Assembly: GCA_946628455.1 (NCBI GenBank)
Contig: CAMOWP010000001.1
Span: 1 to 34,238, forward strand
Length of the DNA: 34,238 bases
From: an uncultured Clostridia bacterium
Lineage (GTDB): Bacteria > Bacillota > Clostridia > Oscillospirales > Acutalibacteraceae
Direction of reading: 5' to 3'
Shown: positions 1-8,734 of the stretch, in pieces
Layout: every line of letters starts with the position of its first letter
Numbering within the stretch: position 1 is the first letter of the stretch
The notes under the pieces: model-generated
Database searches by the model: none
The model's input: the letters and a program-made list of their open reading frames with translations, nothing else
What the model was told of the DNA's origin: nothing
Program-made: the position numbers and the translations under genes

Positions 1-82
1 TTTCATCCCAGCCGAGGCGGTACATATTCGCCGTTGTTGCGCATATTTCCTTTAAAAACGGCGCGTCAAAAATGTTTTTCAT
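1..82 (-). CDS. rhaD: Rhamnulose-1-phosphate aldolase, N-terminal part (truncated by window edge)
   Basis: Manual translation from ATG at 82: MKNIFDAPFLKEICATTANMYRLGWDE..., matching the RhaD N-terminal 'GWDERNGGN' region; start overlaps the rhaA stop (ATGA); not in ORF track. Confidence 0.9.
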   Translation of the reverse strand, partial: MKNIFDAPFLKEICATTANMYRLGWDE

Positions 83-1329
83 CTTAAGGAGAGCACCTCC
101 TCCTCGTAACGCTTAACCTCTGCATAGTATTCTGCAGGGGTGTTTTCTCTTTTGAGATATTCCTGCCATATATCGTAAAACGGCGCTGCCTTGAGCTCCT
201 CCTGAAGCACCATAAGCTGTGTGAAATCGGAGGCGTCCTGAAGCTCCTTAAGCCTGTCGTTCGGCTGAAGAAGCGCAAAGAGAAGCGATTTCTGAACGTT
301 GCGAACGCCTGTAACCCAGGCGGAGATTCTGTTAATGCTTGCGTCGAAATAATCAAGCGCAATGCTCACTCTTCCGTCAAGCCCGCCGCAGCGAACAATC
401 TCGCGGCAGATTTCCTTCGTTTCATCGTCAAAGAGAACAACGTGGTCGCTGTCCCAGCGAATCGGGCGCGTAACGTGAAGCGCGATTTCGGGGAAGAATG
501 CAAGCAGGGCGGGAATTTTATCGCTTACAACCTCTGTCGGATGATAGTGGCCGTTATCCATAAGCGGAATGCATTTATCCATATTCATTGCCGCGTAGCT
601 TAAAGCAAATTCAGCCGAGCCTACCGTATAAGCCTCAACGCCTATGCCGAAAACCTTGCTTTCAACAGTCGGCTTAACAAGCCTGAAATCATAAGGCTCT
701 GAAAGAATCTCGTCAATCGCTTCCTTGTAGCGAAGGCGCGGGCCTATTCTGTCTGCGGGGATGTCCTTGAAGCCGTCGCCCGTCCATATGTTCATAACGC
801 AGGGCTGCCTGAGCTCCTCGGCAAGATACTGTGAAATCCTTATGCAAGCCTTGCCGTGCTCAATCCAGAATTTTCTTGTTTCCTCGTCAGGGGAAGCAAG
901 GGTAAGCGGGTCGCATTTCGGATGTGAAAAGAAGGTCGGATTAAAATCGCAGCCGAGCCCTCTCTCCTTGCAGAAATCAACCCATTTTTTAAAGTGCTTC
1001 GGCTCTAATTTATCGCGGTCAACCCACGGATTTTCCTCGTCAAAAATCGCGTAGGAGGCGTGAAGATTCATCTTGATTTTACCGGGAACGAGCTTTAAAA
1101 CCTCGTCAATATCAGCCATCAGCTCCTCGGGAGTTCTCGCTCTGCCGGGGTAATTTCCCGTTGTCTGTATTCCTCCGGTAAGCGGTTTAGAAGGGTCTGT
1201 GTCAAAGCCCCTTACGTCGTCTCCCTGCCAGCAGTGAAGCGAAATTGAAACATTTTTCAATGTGTCAAGCGCCTTTTCGGTATCAACTCCGTATGAGGCG
1301 TAAACCTTTTTTGCATCTGAATATGCCAT
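79..1329 (-). CDS. rhaA: L-rhamnose isomerase
   Basis: Motifs SLHCWQGDDV, TGNYPGRART, ESKVFGIGVEAYTVGS, HVTRPIRWDSDHVV, LDYFDASINR; lies between rhaB and rhaD. Confidence 0.96.
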   Translation of the reverse strand: MAYSDAKKVYASYGVDTEKALDTLKNVSISLHCWQGDDVRGFDTDPSKPLTGGIQTTGNYPGRARTPEELMADIDEVLKLVPGKIKMNLHASYAIFDEENPWVDRDKLEPKHFKKWVDFCKERGLGCDFNPTFFSHPKCDPLTLASPDEETRKFWIEHGKACIRISQYLAEELRQPCVMNIWTGDGFKDIPADRIGPRLRYKEAIDEILSEPYDFRLVKPTVESKVFGIGVEAYTVGSAEFALSYAAMNMDKCIPLMDNGHYHPTEVVSDKIPALLAFFPEIALHVTRPIRWDSDHVVLFDDETKEICREIVRCGGLDGRVSIALDYFDASINRISAWVTGVRNVQKSLLFALLQPNDRLKELQDASDFTQLMVLQEELKAAPFYDIWQEYLKRENTPAEYYAEVKRYEEEVLSLR

Positions 1330-2687
1330 TATTTTACCTCCGTAGTATCAAAAGAGTTTTTAACAAGCTCTCTTGCCTTTTCAAGCGTTAAGCTCTTATC
1401 TGAAAACATCAGCTGCGAGATTATGTTTCCCGTTGCTGTTGCTTCAACGGGACCCGCTGTAACGCGCTTTCCCGTATATTTTGCGGTGAGCGAATTAAGA
1501 TAAGAATCCTTGCTGCCTCCGCCTACAATATTGATTGAGTCAACCGTTTTACCGCTTATTTCCTCAATCTCTTTAACAGCCCTTGCATATGTTTTTGCAA
1601 GGGAATGATAAACTGAATTTATAACAACGTCAAGCCCGAGCGAGCTGTCGCCGAGGTAAGCCTTTATAGCTTCTGTCATATTTTCAGGGGCAAGGAACGC
1701 AGGGGAGTTCGGGTCAATTTCCATATGCGTTTTGCAGTTCATCGCAAGGCGCATCATATCGTCGTAAGAATAGCGCTTGTTAAGGTTTCTGCGTATGCTC
1801 TGGAAAAGCCACATCCCCATAATGTTTTTAAGGAAACGGAAGCGGTAATCTATTCCGCCCTCGTTTGTAAAGTTCGCCCTCATCGCCTCTTCGCAGAGAA
1901 CGGGAGCGGCGTTTTCCGTTCCTATGAGCGACCACGTGCCCGAGGAGATGTAAACTCCGCAGTCTCCAACCGAGCAGGCGGCAACAGCGCTTGCCGTGTC
2001 ATGCGACGGAGCGTGGATAACCGTGCTTTCAAACGGGAAGCCCTTAAGCGCGCCGATTTCGGTGCAGGGAACGGAAAGGTCGCTGAAAAGCTCGCTTTTA
2101 ATTCCGATTTTATCAAGAATTTCCCCGTCCCATTTTTTCGTTTTTGCGTTAACAAGGTTGGTCGTTGTGGCATTTGTGTATTCGTTGCTTATTTCGCCAG
2201 TCAGCCTGAAGGAAAGGTAATCGGGCATCATAAGAAAATATTTTGCCCTGTCAAGCTTGCCGCTTTTTTTATCGCAGTAAAGCTGATAGATTGAATTGAA
2301 TTCAGCCTTCTGAATTCCCGTTTTTGCGTAAAGCTCGCTTTGCGTTATGATTTTTGAAAACTCCTCCTGAATTGAAGCCGTCCTTGAATCGCGGTAAGAG
2401 ACGGCGGGGAGGAGCTCCTTTTTGTTTTTGTCAAGCAAAACGTAGTCAACGCCCCAGGTGTCAATTGCAATTGTTGCGGGGATTTTGCCGAGCTCGCCGC
2501 ATTTTGCAATCCCCGCCTTAACCTCTGAAACAAGCTTTTCAATATCCCAGACGAGCGTGCCGCCGCTCTCACTGAGATAATCCTCAAAGCGGTAAATCTC
2601 CTCAAGCCTCAGCCTTCCGTTTTCAACGTATCCGAGGATGTGCCGTCCGCTTGAAGCGCCGATATCTATTGCTAAATGATAGGTCAA
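1329..2687 (-). CDS. rhaB: Rhamnulokinase (FGGY family)
   Basis: LAIDIGASSGR, IDTWGVDY, SHDTASA, ISSGTWSL, NFTNEGG motifs. Start moved to TTG at 2687, 7 nt below AGGAGG (2695-2700). Confidence 0.93.
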   Translation of the reverse strand: MTYHLAIDIGASSGRHILGYVENGRLRLEEIYRFEDYLSESGGTLVWDIEKLVSEVKAGIAKCGELGKIPATIAIDTWGVDYVLLDKNKKELLPAVSYRDSRTASIQEEFSKIITQSELYAKTGIQKAEFNSIYQLYCDKKSGKLDRAKYFLMMPDYLSFRLTGEISNEYTNATTTNLVNAKTKKWDGEILDKIGIKSELFSDLSVPCTEIGALKGFPFESTVIHAPSHDTASAVAACSVGDCGVYISSGTWSLIGTENAAPVLCEEAMRANFTNEGGIDYRFRFLKNIMGMWLFQSIRRNLNKRYSYDDMMRLAMNCKTHMEIDPNSPAFLAPENMTEAIKAYLGDSSLGLDVVINSVYHSLAKTYARAVKEIEEISGKTVDSINIVGGGSKDSYLNSLTAKYTGKRVTAGPVEATATGNIISQLMFSDKSLTLEKARELVKNSFDTTEVK

Positions 2688-2736
2688 CGCAAAGCCTCCT
2701 TTTTGTGATATAAACACTGATTATAAATTCTTTAGA

Positions 2737-2801
2737 ATTATATCACATATATCTTAAATTGTCCAATAAATGACAAATTAAAATCTTAAATTTCATAATA
2801 A
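2737..2801 (-). promoter_or_regulatory. rha operon promoter (TGGACA-17-TATAAT, extended -10) with two direct repeats ATCTTAAATT-N4-AATAA
   Basis: -10 at 2737-2742, -35 at 2760-2765 on the minus strand; repeats at 2751-2769 and 2783-2801. Confidence 0.55.
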
Positions 2802-2843
2802 TTTTATGCTCTTGCCGTAATTATATCAAAATAAAAATCGGTA

Positions 2844-2872
2844 TTGCATATTTGCGCCGTCTGTGTTAAAAT
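2844..2872 (+). promoter_or_regulatory. sigma-A promoter for riboswitch/symporter transcript
   Basis: TTGCAT-17 nt-TAAAAT with TG extension, about 20 nt upstream of the riboswitch. Confidence 0.65.
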
Positions 2873-2892
2873 ACTACAAAATTAAAAAGGTT

Positions 2893-3052
2893 GGGTGAAG
2901 CATTCAGGAAAGGTCTGTTTTTAACAGCGCCGAAGGCGTAAAACGCTCAGGATAATGAACTGTTTGCTGACAAACCCCGGAGAATTCCATTTATGGATGC
3001 CGAAGGTGCAAGCAGGGGAACCTGTGAATCTCTCAGGCGAAAGGACGGGGCG
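2893..3052 (+). ncRNA. Tandem glycine riboswitch
   Basis: Two aptamers, each with GGA(A/G)A...GCCGAAGG...CTCAGG core (about 2899-2968 and 2975-3050, the second ending CTCTCAGGCGAAAGGAC); upstream of an AGCS glycine/alanine symporter, the canonical context. Confidence 0.92.
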
Positions 3053-3086
3053 TTTTCTCAGATAGTTAATACTGTCATCGGGTTAT

Positions 3087-3115
3087 AGGGTCAGCAAATA
3101 TTTGCCGACCTTTTT
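3087..3115 (+). terminator. Intrinsic terminator, probable riboswitch expression platform
   Basis: AGGGTCAGCAAA-TA-TTTGCCGACCT hairpin followed by a T-run, between the aptamers and the RBS. Confidence 0.6.
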
Positions 3116-3132
3116 ATTATGGGAGGAACACT

Positions 3133-4653
3133 ATGTGGGAAAACATTATCGGAGTTATTGAAAAAATCAATGACACAGTCAACGGAATAGTATGGGGCTG
3201 GCCTGTTATTATTCTTATTCTCGGAACGGGAATATTGCTTACGGTTCGCACCCGCGCTTTGCAAATCAGGCATTTTCCCGATTCGCTTAACACAACCATT
3301 ATCCCTACCCTCAAGGGGCTCGGCAAGAAAAAGGAAAAGGATTCAAGGCTCCATTCCGTATCTCAGTTTGAGGCGTTTTCAACCGCTATTTCGGGAACGG
3401 TAGGAACGGGAAATATCGTCGGCGTAATCTCGGCTATTCTCACGGGCGGCCCGGGCGCAGTTTTCTGGATGTGGGTTTCGGCGTTTTTCGGTATGGTTAC
3501 AAATTATTCCGAAAACGTGCTCGGCTTATATTTCAGGAAAAAGGATAAGTACGGCCATCTCTCGGGCGGCGCGTTTTACTATATAGCTTACGGCCTTAAG
3601 TGGAAATGGCTCGGCTATCTTGCGGCAGTGTTCTGCGTTTTTGCGGCAATCGGTATGAGCGGTGTTCAGACAAATAAAATTTCGGGAACGCTTTCAGAGG
3701 CGTATGCGAGGATGACCTCAAGCGAAAGCTCGCAGAGCGTAAGGCTCACAGTCGGCGTTATCGTTGCTGTTATAACCGCAATAGTTATCATCGGCGGAAT
3801 CAAAAGAATCGGCAAGGTGGCTTCAATGCTCGTTCCGTTTATGTCGCTTCTTTTCATAGTTATGGCGCTTATCGCAATAATTATGAACGTTAAAAATATC
3901 CCGTCAACCTTCGCTTTAATTTTCTCAAAGGCGTTTAATTTCAAGGCGGCAGGCGGCGGAATCCTCGGCTATTCCTTCGCTCAGGTTATCAAAAAGGGTA
4001 TGGCGCGCGGCGTTTTCTCTAACGAGGCAGGGCTCGGCTCCTCCGTTATCGCGCACTCCGCTTCCGAAACAAGAGAGCCCGTTAAGCAGGGCCTCTGGGG
4101 AGTTTTTGAGGTGTTCTTTGACAGCTTCATCATCTGCACCCTGACGGCGTTTATGTTCCTTACAACCTTTGATTTGACAAAGCTTTCCGCCGATATGGAG
4201 GACAGCGTTATGTCAATGAATATGTTCTCAACCAATTTCGGCGCGTTCGGAACGGTTATTTTCTCAATTATCCTTCCGCTCTTCGCGTTTACAACGGTTA
4301 TCGCCTGGTCATATTACGGCGAGAAGGCTGTTGAATTCTGCTTCAGCTGGCTCAAGGGCGGAAAGCAGAAATACGCCGTAAACGTTTTCAAGGTGGTTTA
4401 CGTTATTCTGATTGCCGCCTCGGCGACTATTCACAGCGAGCTTATCTGGTCTATTGACGATACGTTTAACGGGCTTATGGCTGTGCCAAACCTTATCTGC
4501 GTTGTTGCGCTGAGCGGCCTCGTTGTAAAGATTACAAGGAACTATTTTGACAGAAAAAAGGGCAGGGACGTTGAGCCTATGCTTTCGGCTTATCCCGAAA
4601 TGAACGAGGAATTCAAGGAGGATATCCTTTCCGAAAACGAGGAAATGCAGTAA
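3133..4653 (+). CDS. Sodium:alanine/glycine symporter (AGCS family)
   Basis: GTVGTGNIVG, GGPGAVFWMW, RGVFSNEAGLGS, AWSYYGE motifs; multiple TM segments; GGGAGG RBS. Confidence 0.94.
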   Translation: MWENIIGVIEKINDTVNGIVWGWPVIILILGTGILLTVRTRALQIRHFPDSLNTTIIPTLKGLGKKKEKDSRLHSVSQFEAFSTAISGTVGTGNIVGVISAILTGGPGAVFWMWVSAFFGMVTNYSENVLGLYFRKKDKYGHLSGGAFYYIAYGLKWKWLGYLAAVFCVFAAIGMSGVQTNKISGTLSEAYARMTSSESSQSVRLTVGVIVAVITAIVIIGGIKRIGKVASMLVPFMSLLFIVMALIAIIMNVKNIPSTFALIFSKAFNFKAAGGGILGYSFAQVIKKGMARGVFSNEAGLGSSVIAHSASETREPVKQGLWGVFEVFFDSFIICTLTAFMFLTTFDLTKLSADMEDSVMSMNMFSTNFGAFGTVIFSIILPLFAFTTVIAWSYYGEKAVEFCFSWLKGGKQKYAVNVFKVVYVILIAASATIHSELIWSIDDTFNGLMAVPNLICVVALSGLVVKITRNYFDRKKGRDVEPMLSAYPEMNEEFKEDILSENEEMQ

Positions 4654-4664
4654 AATTACAGATT

Positions 4665-4700
4665 AAAAGGGCTACTGAAAATTCAGTAGCCCTTGTTTTT
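4665..4700. terminator. Bidirectional intrinsic terminator
   Basis: AAGGGCTACTGAA / TTCAGTAGCCCTT perfect inverted repeat with A/T flanks between convergent genes. Confidence 0.85.
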
Positions 4701-5572
4701 TAAAGCATATGCTTAATCGGTGTTATCTCGGGCACGCCTTCAAAGCCGTAAAAGCCTGCCGCGTTTTCACCGAGTAGCCTTGCCTTGTCGCCCTCGCTTA
4801 TCTCTTTTGATTTTGTTATAAAATCAAAGCTCATTTTGTAGGTTATTTCAACCATGGTCCGCGGGTAATCGCTGCCCCACATAAGCTTGTCAAAGCCGCA
4901 GATTTCAGCGGCATCGTTTATTGCTTTGATTGCTGAGGGGTAGGGGTAAAATTCGCTGTTGAAAAGCCAGGTTATGCCTCCGCTTTCAATAAAAACGTTT
5001 TTGTTTCTTGCAAGCTTAATCTGCTCCCTCCAGCCGTCGGTTGTCACCATTCCGAAATGCCCGATTGCGATTTTCAAATCAGGCAGCTGCTGAATAATTT
5101 CCCTGAGCGATGCGGTCTGCTTATCGCCGTCGGCAAGGTCAATTGAAATAAATTTGCCGTTTTTGTACGCCGTTTCAAAAACCTCAAAGTGCTTTGTCAA
5201 ATCCTGCTCCCTGAGCTTGCAGGCGCAGAGCTTTATTCCGTCAAACCCGTCAACTCCGTAGCTTTCGCCCTCGTCGTAAAGCGAGCAGATTTTAATGCGC
5301 TCGGGGTATTTTTCTTTAACGGAAAGGAGGTAGGAATCCTGCCTGCCGTCCATTACCTCCTGGGTTACAACGGCTCCGCTTACGCAGGCGTAGTCCATAT
5401 TTGAAACGAGCATTTCGGCGCTGTTTTCACCGTTTAACATATAAGGCGGCATCATCTGGCGGATTTCACCGCCGAAATTGCTTCTGCCGTCAGTCAGCGC
5501 AAAAACTCTTCCGTTTTGGTTATAGCCGTCCTGCTTTTTCCATAAATGAGTGTGAGCGTCAATTATAATCAT
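4700..5572 (-). CDS. Amidohydrolase-2 family protein, probable sugar lactonase (L-galactono-1,5-lactonase-like)
   Basis: IIDAHTHLW, IGHFG, LMWGSDYP motifs; 4-nt overlap with upstream dehydrogenase. Family is secure, substrate is inferred from context. Confidence 0.8.
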   Translation of the reverse strand: MIIIDAHTHLWKKQDGYNQNGRVFALTDGRSNFGGEIRQMMPPYMLNGENSAEMLVSNMDYACVSGAVVTQEVMDGRQDSYLLSVKEKYPERIKICSLYDEGESYGVDGFDGIKLCACKLREQDLTKHFEVFETAYKNGKFISIDLADGDKQTASLREIIQQLPDLKIAIGHFGMVTTDGWREQIKLARNKNVFIESGGITWLFNSEFYPYPSAIKAINDAAEICGFDKLMWGSDYPRTMVEITYKMSFDFITKSKEISEGDKARLLGENAAGFYGFEGVPEITPIKHML

Positions 5573-6600
5573 AGCTTGATTTCATCCCCGATTCTAATTA
5601 AAAGCTTGTTCAGCGAGCCGTCGTTATTCGCAAGCGCTTTAAACGCCGCCCCTGCTGTTTCAACCGTGTAAACGTCGCTTACCATATTTAGAATATCAAC
5701 CTGTTTTGAAGCAACAAGGTCAATAAGCGTTTCAAAATCCTTTGTGAAGGCGTTTCTGCTTCCGAAGATATTGAGCTCCTTTTTGAGGATAACCGAGTGA
5801 ACGAAGGTTGTTTCGCGCTTTCCGTTTCCGATAAGAATTATGTTAGCCCCGTGCGCCGCCTGCTCAATGCAGGAGAGGAAGGTTTCGGGCGCGCCGCACG
5901 CCTCAACGCAGACGTCGAAGCCGCAGCCGTTGGTGAACTCCTTGCATTTTTCCTCAAGGCTTTCGGTTTTGCTGTTGATAATCATATCTGCGCCGTAGCC
6001 CTTTGCCGCTTCAAGGCGGCTCTCAAGCAAATCCGCAATCGCAACTCTTGCGCCCATTGATTTTGCCCGTATGAGCGCAAACAGACCTATCGGGCCGGCG
6101 CCCATAATCAGAAGGTTATCGCCCTTTTTAACCTCGGCTCTTGAGAGCGCGTGCGCGCTGATTGAAAACGGCTCAATGAGGGCGAGCTCCTTTGCGCTGA
6201 GCCCCTTGCCGTCAATTATTCTTTCAATCGGCATCGTTATGTATTCCTGAAAGGAGCCGTCGCGCTGAACGCCCATCGTCTGATTATCGTGGCAGGCGTT
6301 AACGAGTCCTCTTTTGCAGGCGTAGCACTCCCCGCAGTTGAAATACGGGTTGCAGGTTACAATATCTCCCGCCTTAAAGCCCCTGTCATTTTCGGGTATT
6401 TCAACTATCTGAGCCGAAAATTCGTGACCCGGGATTCTCGGATATGTTGTAAACGGCTGGTTGCCTGTGAAGGAGGCAACGTCCGCGCCGCAGATTCCGC
6501 AGTAAAGCACTCTGAGCAGCGCCTCGCCTTCCCTGCAAACGGGTTTTTCTTTGTCAATTATACCGATTTCAAACGGTTTAGTTATCTGAATTGCTTTCAT
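5569..6600 (-). CDS. Zn-dependent MDR dehydrogenase, L-galactonate 5-dehydrogenase (LgoD/YjjN)-like
   Basis: CGICGAD, YPRIPGHE, CxxCxxC-x7-C structural Zn cluster, GAGPIG, IFGSRNA; near uxaA/uxaB. Confidence 0.82.
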   Translation of the reverse strand: MKAIQITKPFEIGIIDKEKPVCREGEALLRVLYCGICGADVASFTGNQPFTTYPRIPGHEFSAQIVEIPENDRGFKAGDIVTCNPYFNCGECYACKRGLVNACHDNQTMGVQRDGSFQEYITMPIERIIDGKGLSAKELALIEPFSISAHALSRAEVKKGDNLLIMGAGPIGLFALIRAKSMGARVAIADLLESRLEAAKGYGADMIINSKTESLEEKCKEFTNGCGFDVCVEACGAPETFLSCIEQAAHGANIILIGNGKRETTFVHSVILKKELNIFGSRNAFTKDFETLIDLVASKQVDILNMVSDVYTVETAGAAFKALANNDGSLNKLLIRIGDEIKL

Positions 6601-6602
6601 TT

Positions 6603-7805
6603 TTATTCCTCACTGATATAGTTTTTGTTCCAGATTACCGCAGTTTTGAGCGGAGCGCCCTTTGAATAAATTTTATTAACGTATGCGTCCATCGGGTCGC
6701 TTGTGAATTCATTTTTGTCAATAAGCTCAACAAGCTCGTCAAAATGGCTTTCGGCTAAAATTTCAATTGCCTCCTCCATATGCTTTTGAGTAAAGTTTAT
6801 TGAGGAGAGGATTACGTGGTTTTTAAAGCCGAAGGGCATTGTGTCAAACGTGATTTTCGGGCCGAGCGAAAAGCTGTCGTAAATTCCGTTGCAGCCGAGC
6901 ACGCCGTAATCAAACGCAATCCTGCTTTCAATTTCCGTTCCGCTTGTGCCAACAAAAACGGAGCACGCGCCGCCGAGGCGGTCTTTTATTCTCTCTGCCG
7001 TTTCCTCCTCTGAAAGCCCGAAGGAGCAAAGATAATCCGCGCCGATGTATTTTTTAACAAACTGAACCTTTTCTGAGCTTTCGTCGCTTCTTGCAATGAA
7101 AAGAATTTCAGCCTCGGGGTGATTTCTTCTTATCCGGTCTCCTATGAAAAGTCCCGTAGTACCGAGCCCGAAGATTACCGTTTTATCAAAGGTCTCCTCC
7201 TCGGCAATTTTTAACGCTTCGTCTGCTGAGCATTTTTCCCTCGCCATAATAACTCTGAAATTCTGCGCCGAGCCGATGTCGCACATTCTTTCGTGCTGAA
7301 AAATCGCACAGGCGTAAGGGTCGCTGAAAACAAGCCTTTTTGCAAGAGTTAGCGGGAGCTTAGTTAGTCCCTCATATTTTTCGGGGAGGTGAAGCAGCAT
7401 ATCGTGGTTGAAATAGTTTCTGTCGCTGAAAAGCCCGTCCGCTCTGTCGCAGCCGTATTCAAAATAGCTTTCGTCCTCGGTGAATCTCGTCGGGTCAAAG
7501 CTGTCTCCGCCGCGGATAAGAACAATCGCAAAGCGGTTTTCGCCGGGTACCCAGACAACGCCCTCGTGGCCGTTAATCAGCCTGCTTTCGCCCTCTGGGA
7601 ATTTTTCACTGAGCGCGCCCTTCGTCCCCATTTTCATAAGCTCAAAATCCGTTCCGCAAAAGCCGCAGAAAACGGGGAGCGCCTCAACTCCCTCTTTAAG
7701 CTCCTCGCCGCGAAGCCTCTGCCGCGGGGGATTGATTAAGTTTATTTCGCCGTATCTCAGCGGCTCTTTTTCATCGTTAACAAAATAGGTTGCATTTGTT
7801 TTCAT
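6603..7805 (-). CDS. Divergent MDR-superfamily dehydrogenase (aldose 1-dehydrogenase-like)
   Basis: CGFCGTD and NGHEG catalytic-Zn motifs, IFGLGTTG nucleotide-binding motif; no four-Cys structural Zn cluster. Confidence 0.65.
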   Translation of the reverse strand: MKTNATYFVNDEKEPLRYGEINLINPPRQRLRGEELKEGVEALPVFCGFCGTDFELMKMGTKGALSEKFPEGESRLINGHEGVVWVPGENRFAIVLIRGGDSFDPTRFTEDESYFEYGCDRADGLFSDRNYFNHDMLLHLPEKYEGLTKLPLTLAKRLVFSDPYACAIFQHERMCDIGSAQNFRVIMAREKCSADEALKIAEEETFDKTVIFGLGTTGLFIGDRIRRNHPEAEILFIARSDESSEKVQFVKKYIGADYLCSFGLSEEETAERIKDRLGGACSVFVGTSGTEIESRIAFDYGVLGCNGIYDSFSLGPKITFDTMPFGFKNHVILSSINFTQKHMEEAIEILAESHFDELVELIDKNEFTSDPMDAYVNKIYSKGAPLKTAVIWNKNYISEE

Positions 7806-7837
7806 AGCGTTACCTCTTATAAATAAATAGTTTCAAA

Positions 7838-8632
7838 CTATTTTGCAAAAAAACGGAAAAGTCTTTCGGTGTAATCGGGAGCAGTGTCATAAGCCGCGTG
7901 GCCGAAGCCTGAGTAAAGGTAGCTTTCAGCGTTTGGGTTATCCTTTAAAAGCTCTGCAATTTCGCTTGTTGCCTCGCCGCCGAGAACTCTGTCCTCGCTG
8001 TCGCCGACGGCGAGCACGGGGCAGGTGATTTTCTTAAGCCTGTTTGTTTCGTCAAAGCCCTGAGCCGCCATTGCAAGAATAACGAAACGCTCAAGCTCCG
8101 ATTCGGTAACGGTTTTTGCCATCTGAATAAAGGTATCCCTGAAGCTTGCGAAAACCTCGGGCGGGTAAACGTATTCGCCAAAGGAAAGGTAAAGCGCCTC
8201 GGCGTTACCCTCCTTTGCAAGGTCAATCCATTTTTCAACTATCTTTGCTCTCTCTCCGTTTACTCTGCAGGCGGTTGAGCCGAGAGCGAGCGCGCCGACA
8301 AGCTCAGGATGCTCTGCTGCAATTATCATCGCCATCATCCCGCCCTGCGAAGCGCCGAAAAGGCAGACCTCGTCAAGCCCGAGCGCCTCCATTGCCTGCG
8401 CTGTGTCCTCAGCCATATCAAAAACCGAATAGCTTTCGGGAATTTCGCCTGCGCGGTCAAAAAGATAAACCGTAAAATCATCTTTGAAAAGTTTGTAGTG
8501 CTCCTCAATCGCGGCAGCAGCGGGGATAACGCTCTGAACGCTGAGCCCCGGGAGGATAACGAATATCCTGTCTCCGCTTCCGAATTTAACGTATTCAATT
8601 TCACGATTGTTTACTCTTACTTTTCCGCTCAT
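7838..8632 (-). CDS. Alpha/beta-fold hydrolase
   Basis: GASQGG nucleophile elbow, D..V acid and C-terminal GH. Confidence 0.85.
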   Translation of the reverse strand: MSGKVRVNNREIEYVKFGSGDRIFVILPGLSVQSVIPAAAAIEEHYKLFKDDFTVYLFDRAGEIPESYSVFDMAEDTAQAMEALGLDEVCLFGASQGGMMAMIIAAEHPELVGALALGSTACRVNGERAKIVEKWIDLAKEGNAEALYLSFGEYVYPPEVFASFRDTFIQMAKTVTESELERFVILAMAAQGFDETNRLKKITCPVLAVGDSEDRVLGGEATSEIAELLKDNPNAESYLYSGFGHAAYDTAPDYTERLFRFFAK

Positions 8633-8703
8633 AACTTTTCTCCCTGTTTTTTAATCATAAATATATTAACATACTGAGCTTTATATTGCAATTATCATAT
8701 GAC

Positions 8704-8727
8704 AAAAAGCAAGCCGTTTGGCTTGCT
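8704..8727 (-). terminator. Intrinsic terminator after AKR gene
   Basis: Minus strand AGCAAGCC-AAAC-GGCTTGCT followed by TTTT. Confidence 0.7.
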
Positions 8728-8734
8728 CTTGTTA

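Noticed and set aside
2760-2765. TGTCCA hexamer in the rha promoter as another WYL motif copy
   Set aside because: Opposite orientation relative to its -10; it reads as the TGGACA -35 and lacks the CCC and N10 geometry.
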